Below are positions 57,470 to 64,000 of a DNA stretch of 64,000 bases, one piece after another. Origin of the DNA: Candidatus Omnitrophota bacterium (GTDB lineage Bacteria; Omnitrophota; Omnitrophia; Omnitrophales; Aquincolibacteriaceae); assembly GCA_022711115.1 (NCBI GenBank), contig JAKLFP010000005.1:72572-136571 (forward strand), read 5' to 3'. The translations under genes were made by a program, and so were the position numbers. Positions within the stretch are counted from its first letter, which is position 1. Each line of letters starts with the position of its first letter. A model generated the notes under the pieces. That model was not told the DNA's origin. It made no database searches and was given only the letters and a program-made list of their open reading frames with translations.

Positions 57470-59968
57470 ATGCCTCAGGCGAAGAAAAAAAAAGGACAAA
57501 ACGAAGTGAAAGAACTTTGGCATATCGAGCATAAAGATATGACCAAGGACGGGATTAAGTCATCCTTCAGTTCTGGCCTTCAATACGGTCTTGCCAAAGA
57601 TCAATATACTGCAACTTCCCACGATAATTTCTGGGCCCTTGGCCTTGCGCTGAGAGATCGGTTGGTCGAACGTTGGATTACGACGCAACAACATTATCAT
57701 AAGAAAAATCTCAAACGTGTTTACTATCTTTCACTGGAGTTTCTCATCGGACGGTTGCTTGGGAATTTCATTCTCAATCTCGGACTTTGGGAGCAGACGC
57801 AGAAAGCGCTCGAGGAGTTTGGCCTCGATCTTGAAAAAACACGTGAAGAAGAGATGGATGCGGGACTTGGAAACGGCGGCTTGGGAAGGCTTGCCGCTTG
57901 TTTTCTTGATTCCATGGCAACGCTTGGCATTCCGGCTCATGGTTACGGCATTCGTTATGATTATGGTATTTTTAATCAGAAAATCGTGAATGGTTTTCAA
58001 GTAGAATCGCCGGACGAATGGCTCAAACGCGGTAATCCCTGGGAATTCGCCCGCCCCGAATATGCGCAAAAGATCAAGTTCTACGGCAATACGAACATGT
58101 ATCATGACAAATGCGGCAAGCTTTGTGTGGAGTGGGTCAACACAGAAGAGGTCATTGCCATGCCGTACGATATCCCGATTCCGGGCTTTCAAAATGATAT
58201 TGTGAACACCTTGCGTCTCTGGTCCGCCAGAAGTTCTGAAGAGTTTGATCTTCAGTATTTTAATAGCGGCGATTATGAACATGCGGTGTATGACAAGATG
58301 TTTACGGAAAACATATCCAAGGTTCTCTATCCCAATGACGCGACATCCATGGGAAGAGAACTGCGTTTGAAACAGGAATATTTTTTTACCACGGCATCCA
58401 TCGCGGACATTGTACGCCGTTTTAAAGAAGACAATGCGCAATTCAAACATTTTCCCGATAAGGCCGTGATCCAGCTTAATGACACACATCCCGCCCTTGC
58501 GATTCTGGAGTTTATGCGTATTCTCATCGACGATGAGCAAATGGATTGGGAGGCCGCATGGGATTTAACCGTACGGTCTTTTGCCTATACAAACCACACG
58601 GTGATGCCGGAAGCGCTTGAGAGTTGGCCGGTGCCTATGTTTGAAAAACTGCTGCCGCGTCACATCCAATTAGTCTATGAGATTAATGATCGCTTTATGA
58701 AAGAGATTTCCGCGGAATATCCCGGGGATCTGGATCGCATGAGGAGAATGTCGCTTATCGAAGAAGGGAACCCCAAAAAGATCCGGATGGCGTTTTTGGC
58801 AATCATCGGGTCTCATTCCGTCAACGGTGTTTCGGAATTGCATTCCAAACTTCTCAAGGAGCAGCTCTTCAGGGACTTCTATGAAGTGTTTCCGGAAAAG
58901 TTCAATAACAAAACAAACGGCATTACTCATCGCCGCTGGCTCATCAAGGCGAATCGCCCGCTTTCCGAACTTATCACAAAAAACATCGGAGATGACTGGC
59001 AGAAAAATCTTTTTGATTTGGAACAGCTTGTTTCTTTAAGAAAAAACAAGCTGTTCAGACAGAAATGGCATTTGGTAAAATGGGAAAACAAAAGGGTTTT
59101 GGCGGATATCATCCGTCAACAGACAGGCATTACGGTTAATCTGAATTCCATGTTTGACGTTCAGATCAAACGTATTCATGAGTATAAACGGCAAACGCTT
59201 TTTATACTCTATGCGATCTCCCAATATCTGAAGCTTCGCGAAAATCCGGGTGCGTCCATAACACCGCGTACTTTTATCTTTGGTGGGAAAGCGGCACCGG
59301 GTTATTTTATGGCCAAGCTTATCGTTAAATTTATCAATAATGTCGCGAACGTTATCAACCATGACAAAGTTAATCGGGATAAATTTAAAATTGTTTTTCT
59401 GGAAAATTACCGGGTTTCTCTGGCAGAAAAGATTTTTCCTGCAAGCGATCTTTCCGAACAGATCTCGACGGCTGGGACCGAAGCTTCGGGAACAGGATGT
59501 ATGAAATTCATGATGAACGGCGCTTTGACGGTTGGAACCCATGACGGCGCCAATATTGAGATCGCGGAGGCTGTCGGAAAAGAAAATATTTTTATGTTTG
59601 GGTTAAAAAGCCATGATGTGATGGAGCTGAAGAGCCATGGGTATTCCCCGCAAAGTTACATCCAAAAGTCTCTTTATCTGCAAACGATTTTCGATATGAT
59701 GAAACACGATTTTTTCTCGCCAATGGAACACGGGATATTCGATCCTCTTATTCACAATCTAAGCGTCGTCGATCCTTATCTTGTCTGTGCGGATTTTGAC
59801 GACTATTGCGCTATTCAGGACCGGATCTCCGAGGAGTATCGCGACCAGGATCAATGGATCGAAAAAGCGATTGTCAATGTGGCAAAAGCCGGGAAATTCT
59901 CAAGCGATCGAACGATTGTTGAATACAGCCGGGACATTTGGGATATTCCGGTGCGAGGCAATCCATAA
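57470..59968 (+). CDS. glgP: Glycogen/starch/alpha-glucan phosphorylase
   Basis: EASGTGCMKFMMNGALTVGTHDGANIEI (PLP-Lys site), ...LGNGGLGRLAACFLDS…, 832 aa. Confidence 0.93.
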   Translation: MPQAKKKKGQNEVKELWHIEHKDMTKDGIKSSFSSGLQYGLAKDQYTATSHDNFWALGLALRDRLVERWITTQQHYHKKNLKRVYYLSLEFLIGRLLGNFILNLGLWEQTQKALEEFGLDLEKTREEEMDAGLGNGGLGRLAACFLDSMATLGIPAHGYGIRYDYGIFNQKIVNGFQVESPDEWLKRGNPWEFARPEYAQKIKFYGNTNMYHDKCGKLCVEWVNTEEVIAMPYDIPIPGFQNDIVNTLRLWSARSSEEFDLQYFNSGDYEHAVYDKMFTENISKVLYPNDATSMGRELRLKQEYFFTTASIADIVRRFKEDNAQFKHFPDKAVIQLNDTHPALAILEFMRILIDDEQMDWEAAWDLTVRSFAYTNHTVMPEALESWPVPMFEKLLPRHIQLVYEINDRFMKEISAEYPGDLDRMRRMSLIEEGNPKKIRMAFLAIIGSHSVNGVSELHSKLLKEQLFRDFYEVFPEKFNNKTNGITHRRWLIKANRPLSELITKNIGDDWQKNLFDLEQLVSLRKNKLFRQKWHLVKWENKRVLADIIRQQTGITVNLNSMFDVQIKRIHEYKRQTLFILYAISQYLKLRENPGASITPRTFIFGGKAAPGYFMAKLIVKFINNVANVINHDKVNRDKFKIVFLENYRVSLAEKIFPASDLSEQISTAGTEASGTGCMKFMMNGALTVGTHDGANIEIAEAVGKENIFMFGLKSHDVMELKSHGYSPQSYIQKSLYLQTIFDMMKHDFFSPMEHGIFDPLIHNLSVVDPYLVCADFDDYCAIQDRISEEYRDQDQWIEKAIVNVAKAGKFSSDRTIVEYSRDIWDIPVRGNP

Positions 59969-60081
59969 AGATTTAAAGGGAATTTATGCGGCGCTCGCTT
60001 TTCATTGAATCTTTGAAGAAACCCGCACATTGAATATGTCGAAAGAGTCCTGGTTTTTTTCGTAAGAGCTCCTTTGTTTTT

Positions 60082-61449
60082 TTATTCAAACCAAGGTGTT
60101 TTTTTCAAAAAGGAAAGAATGTTCCAGTCGCGGCCTTTTTCCAGAAGAGGCTTTATCCCAACCACACTGAAAAAAAGTTCCAAGCTTGACACCTTTTGTG
60201 TATTGTTTCGCACTTCATGAAATTTCCTGGAAAGCACAAAGTGCGAAAGCATTCTTAGAACGGCGGAGAGAAGGAACAGGGACAAAATGCGGGAACCGTT
60301 TAAAGGCGGTAGCCGTTCCGCCAGATATCCCCCCAGGGAAGCTCCGAGAAAAGTTGCGACTCCATTAATAAAACTGAAATAACCCAAACAGCGGACGCGT
60401 TTGCCGGGACTGACTGCGTCAAAAATAAAGTTCAGGGCACATAAATTAAATCCACCCCAGACAAAACCTGAAAAAATTTCCACACAAAAAAGATAGAACA
60501 AATTGTCAGAAAAAGTCCAGAGCAGGGGGATAAGAGGGATCAGAAGGCTGGTGGTTTTGAGCACCTTGGCGTTGCCAATCGCGTCCGCATGTTTCCCCCA
60601 AATGGGGAAAGATATGAGGCCTGAAACCACGGCTCCTAAATGAATAAGCATGTAAGTAAAATAGCTGAAGCTGAGATCTTGGAGCATGTAGACACTGAAA
60701 TAGGGTGCGGCAAGAAGAGCGGCGAAGGTAATACTCGAAACATAAAGAACGAATTTTACGAAATTACTTTCCTTAAACCGCCGCAGAAACATAAAAAATG
60801 TGAAAGCATCCTCTTGTTTTTGCTGGTGCGGAATATTTTGCATGGTAGCCATAAGCTTTGCGGAAAGCAGACGAGCCACGACAGTAATCAGAAAAAGAAT
60901 AAAGAAACCTGTGCCCGTCGAAAAGGCCTTGAATGTATTAAGCAGAATTCCGCCCAGAACCGTAGCTGCCAATCCTGCAAAACCGACAATACGCGATCTC
61001 CAGCCGAAGTATTTTCCCCGTTCTTCGGGAGAAAGATAATCACTGGCCAGACTACCCCAAACGGTTGCGATAAGGTTTGCGAGAATCCGGAAAGCCGTCA
61101 CGAAAAAAATAAGGGCAAGAATTCTTGAAGGAAAAGAAAAAAGAGAAAAAAAAGCAATCGGGAGCAGTAGAAGCGCCTGGAGAACAGTGGCTTTGACCAG
61201 AAATCGGAGGCGGCTTCCGAGGAGGGCAACGATTCTGACTGCGAAAAATTGAGAAAAAGAACTAAGTAAGTGGGGAACAGCCACAAGAAAACCGATGTCC
61301 ATGGGTGTTGCTCCGAGGAAAAGTCCAAGTGGAATGAGATACTCATCGAACAAGGATTGCATGGTGTTTGAAGCAATGCCTTCTTTCCAGGAGGCATCCA
61401 GACTTTTACGGAATGGGTGTTGAGATAAGGATTTCTGAAGTGTTAGCAT
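60082..61449 (-). CDS. MFS transporter
   Basis: 12 TM helices. Convergent with glgP. Confidence 0.75.
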   Translation of the reverse strand: MLTLQKSLSQHPFRKSLDASWKEGIASNTMQSLFDEYLIPLGLFLGATPMDIGFLVAVPHLLSSFSQFFAVRIVALLGSRLRFLVKATVLQALLLLPIAFFSLFSFPSRILALIFFVTAFRILANLIATVWGSLASDYLSPEERGKYFGWRSRIVGFAGLAATVLGGILLNTFKAFSTGTGFFILFLITVVARLLSAKLMATMQNIPHQQKQEDAFTFFMFLRRFKESNFVKFVLYVSSITFAALLAAPYFSVYMLQDLSFSYFTYMLIHLGAVVSGLISFPIWGKHADAIGNAKVLKTTSLLIPLIPLLWTFSDNLFYLFCVEIFSGFVWGGFNLCALNFIFDAVSPGKRVRCLGYFSFINGVATFLGASLGGYLAERLPPLNGSRILSLFLLSAVLRMLSHFVLSRKFHEVRNNTQKVSSLELFFSVVGIKPLLEKGRDWNILSFLKKTPWFE

Positions 61450-61537
61450 GAAGCCCTTCGTGATCGTCTGCTTTTTATTTTCTAAACGAAATTTGGAAAA
61501 GAAGCTATAATTATATATCGCTAATTTTGAGGAAAAG

Positions 61538-64000
61538 ATGAGTCCCCAAAGAACGAAAAAAAAGAAGATACATTCTTTTCGCTGTAAGCAGAAATCCTCC
61601 TTATCAGCCTATTCTCGCGAAGCCCTTCGCTTGAAAAAAATCAACGAAAAACTCCATTCCCAGATATTTTATCAAAAAAAGACGATCAGCACACTTCAGC
61701 ATCATGCATCAAAATTTGGGCGATATCTTGATTTTAGCAATGCGATCCTAATGGTCTTGGATCGGTATGGCAAAGTGGCTTTTGTGAACGCCTATGGAGC
61801 AAAAATTCTAGGATACCCTAAAAAAGACATTCTCGGCAAACGCTGGTTTCGCAATTTTGTTCCTGCCCGGATCCGTCCTGCGGTTGAAACGGTTTTTCAT
61901 TTATTGATCAAAAGAAAAATCAAACCTTCCGGGGAATATTATGAAAATCCGATTGTGAATAGCCGTGGGGAAGAGAGGATCATCCGTTGGCATAATACGG
62001 TTCTTAAAAATGCGAAAGGTGAGATCGAGGGGGCTCTGAGTACCGGTCAAGATATCACGGAAAAAAGAAGGGCTGAAGACGCGTTACGGAAAAAACAACT
62101 TCGCTACCATGCGATTTTTGAACAAACCTATGGATTTATCGGCCTGATGAAGCCTGACGGAACTCTCCTGGAAGCCAACAAGACAGCTTTGCAGTTTGCC
62201 GGAGTGAAGGCGTCCGAAGTGCTTGGCAAGGTCTTCTGGAAAACCGCATGGTGGAAACATTCCAAAGAGGCGCAGGCGAAATTGCGTGTTGCGATCAAAA
62301 AGGCTGCACGGGGGGAGTTTATCCGATTTGAGACAACTGTTTCTTCAAGATACGGAGATTCACGGCCTATTGATTTTTCGCTGAAGCCTGTACGCGATGT
62401 GCAAGGGAAGGTAGTGCTTTTAATACCTGAAGGTCGTGATATTGCGGAACGCAAAGCCATGGAAGAATTGCTCCGTGAAAATGAGGAAAAATTCCGTTCT
62501 GTGGCCGAGCAATCGCCAAATATGATCTTTATCAATCAGGGCGGGCGGATCATCTATGCCAATAAAAAATGTGAAGAAATCATGGGATACAAGATCGAAG
62601 AATTCTATTCCCCGCGGTTCAATTTTTTGAATCTTATTCATCCGGAACAAGTGCCGATGGTTCGTCGTAATTTTCGCACGCACCAAGGAGGCAAAGAAGT
62701 GCCTCCCTATGAATATAAGTTGCTGACCAAAGATCATAAGACGCTTCATGCGATCCTGACCTCAAAACTGATCCATCTAAAAACGGGGCCAGCTATTCTG
62801 AGTATTATTACGGATATTACGGAACGTCAATGGGCAGAGACCGAACAAAAACAATCCCTCTCGCTTTTAAAGGCTACGTTGGAATCTACGGCCGACGGTA
62901 TTCTTGTGGTGAGTCAGTGGGGGAGGATCACAGGCTATAATGAACAGTTCAGGAAAATGTGGAATATCCCTAAGCCTATCATTGTTTCTCACGATGATAA
63001 AAAACTTTTGGCATTTGTTCTAAACCAATTAAAAGAACCCAAAAAGTTTCTCAGCAGAATTGAATGGCTGTATGCCCATCCAGAAGAGAACAGTTTTGAT
63101 ACGTTGGTCTTTAAAGACGGAAGGGTTTTTGAACGTTATTCGCGGCCGCAACGTCTTGAGGGACGGGTTGTGGGGAGGGTCTGGAGTTTTCGTGAAGTGA
63201 CCCTGCGTCGAAATATGGAAATCGGTCTTGCGGCATCGGCGGTTCGTTTTCGTCGGCTTTTTGAAGCAGCCCGGGATGGAATTTTGATTTTAAATTCAAA
63301 AACAGGTCAGGTTTTAGAGGTCAACCATTTTCTAATCGATATGCTCGGTTACTCCAGAGGAGAATTTCTTGGAAAGAAGCTATGGCAGCTTAGTGCTTTT
63401 AAAGATACCGAAAAGTGCAGAATGGCTTTCCATCTTTTGCAAAAAAAAGGATATATCCATTATGAGGATTTTCCTTTGAGAACTAAAAAAGGCGAAGCAA
63501 TTACTGCGGAGTTCGTGAGTAATAGCTATTTTGTGGGACAGGAAAAAGTCATTCAGTGCAACATCCGTGATATTACGGATCGCAAACGCGCCTTGGATCT
63601 GTTGCATCAGCGCGAGTCCTACTTGTCCGCCATTATCGAGAACCAGCCGGGGATGGTATGGCTCAAGGACAAAAAAGGAAAGTTTCTTGCCGTGAATCAT
63701 GTATTTGCTCAAGCTTGCGGCCTGCAAACAGCCACTCGCGTTGTGGGGAAAACGGATCTTGATATCTGGCCTTTGGCTCTTGCGCGAAAATACCGGACGG
63801 ATGATCAAAAGGTTATGAGAAGAAAAGGGTCTATGGCAGTGGAAGAGCCCATTTATGATCGAGGGGTCCGAAAGTGGTATGAAACATTTAAAACAGCTGT
63901 TTTGGATAAAACAGGGTCGGTCATCGGGACATCGGGTTATGCCTACGATGTCACGGAACGCAAAACAGCTGCTTTGGCGCTTTTGGAAAGTGAAGAAAAG
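61538..64000 (+). CDS. Multi-PAS-domain sensor protein. The 3' end is partial: it runs off the window, and the output domain (histidine kinase, GGDEF or similar) is not visible.
   Basis: Translated by hand: no stop codon from ATG 61538 (preceded by GAGGA, upstream stop TAA at 61508) to base 64000. At least five PAS/PAC repeats, e.g. RFRRLFEAARDGILILNSKTGQVLEVNHFLIDMLGYSRGEFLGKKLWQL. Absent from the supplied ORF track because the ORF lacks a stop inside the window. Confidence 0.8.
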   Translation, partial: MSPQRTKKKKIHSFRCKQKSSLSAYSREALRLKKINEKLHSQIFYQKKTISTLQHHASKFGRYLDFSNAILMVLDRYGKVAFVNAYGAKILGYPKKDILGKRWFRNFVPARIRPAVETVFHLLIKRKIKPSGEYYENPIVNSRGEERIIRWHNTVLKNAKGEIEGALSTGQDITEKRRAEDALRKKQLRYHAIFEQTYGFIGLMKPDGTLLEANKTALQFAGVKASEVLGKVFWKTAWWKHSKEAQAKLRVAIKKAARGEFIRFETTVSSRYGDSRPIDFSLKPVRDVQGKVVLLIPEGRDIAERKAMEELLRENEEKFRSVAEQSPNMIFINQGGRIIYANKKCEEIMGYKIEEFYSPRFNFLNLIHPEQVPMVRRNFRTHQGGKEVPPYEYKLLTKDHKTLHAILTSKLIHLKTGPAILSIITDITERQWAETEQKQSLSLLKATLESTADGILVVSQWGRITGYNEQFRKMWNIPKPIIVSHDDKKLLAFVLNQLKEPKKFLSRIEWLYAHPEENSFDTLVFKDGRVFERYSRPQRLEGRVVGRVWSFREVTLRRNMEIGLAASAVRFRRLFEAARDGILILNSKTGQVLEVNHFLIDMLGYSRGEFLGKKLWQLSAFKDTEKCRMAFHLLQKKGYIHYEDFPLRTKKGEAITAEFVSNSYFVGQEKVIQCNIRDITDRKRALDLLHQRESYLSAIIENQPGMVWLKDKKGKFLAVNHVFAQACGLQTATRVVGKTDLDIWPLALARKYRTDDQKVMRRKGSMAVEEPIYDRGVRKWYETFKTAVLDKTGSVIGTSGYAYDVTERKTAALALLESEEK

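Noticed and set aside
62128-63808. Minus-strand ORFs of 62-142 aa
   Set aside because: Antisense to the continuous multi-PAS sensor ORF read on the + strand.
1-64000. Scanned for CRISPR repeats, tRNA/rRNA, transposase/integrase genes and long direct or inverted repeats
   Set aside because: None recognised. No ORF resembles a transposase, integrase, Cas protein or phage protein, and intergenic spaces are too short or featureless for tRNA cloverleafs.

Overview
This is a gene-dense window (about 47% GC) from a diderm, Gram-negative-type bacterium. Outer-membrane components are present (two TolC-family proteins, TonB and a TonB-dependent receptor). I found no rRNA, tRNA, CRISPR array or insertion element. 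Both strands are almost completely coding. Main blocks, in order:
1. A spermidine-synthase-like protein that runs off the 5' edge of the window.
2. An AmmeMemoRadiSam locus: a fused Memo/AMMECR1 protein plus its radical-SAM (rSAM) activase.
3. hemL.
4. An NmrA/SDR-DUF2867 gene followed by a tight operon of B12-rSAM, GT2 glycosyltransferase, B12-rSAM and SAM methyltransferase.
5. A marC-marR-tolC-RND operon with no periplasmic adaptor.
6. A PEGA-domain protein paired with a processive GT2 glycosyltransferase.
7. TerC, then a convergent H+-pyrophosphatase.
8. A KimA-like APC permease fused to a Usp domain, a LacI ligand-binding-domain-only protein, and CdaA (c-di-AMP synthase).
9. glpK-glpD-tatD-tcdA.
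10. A TolC / HlyD-type adaptor / MacB tripartite efflux system, then an MFS transporter.
11. A cobalamin island: a cobalamin riboswitch with its own promoter and terminator, driving btuB-tonB-btuFCD-cobO. This is followed by two more B12-binding rSAM enzymes translationally coupled to psd-pssA (phosphatidylserine/PE synthesis).
12. A glycogen cluster: DUF4912, GH57 branching enzyme, a small wHTH protein, GH13 and GlgP.
13. An MFS transporter.
14. A multi-PAS sensor ORF that is missing from the six-frame track because it runs off the 3' edge.
The most unusual signal is four B12-binding rSAM enzymes in 64 kb. Two of them are in an operon with a GT2 and a methyltransferase, and two are fused transcriptionally to B12 import and phospholipid head-group genes.
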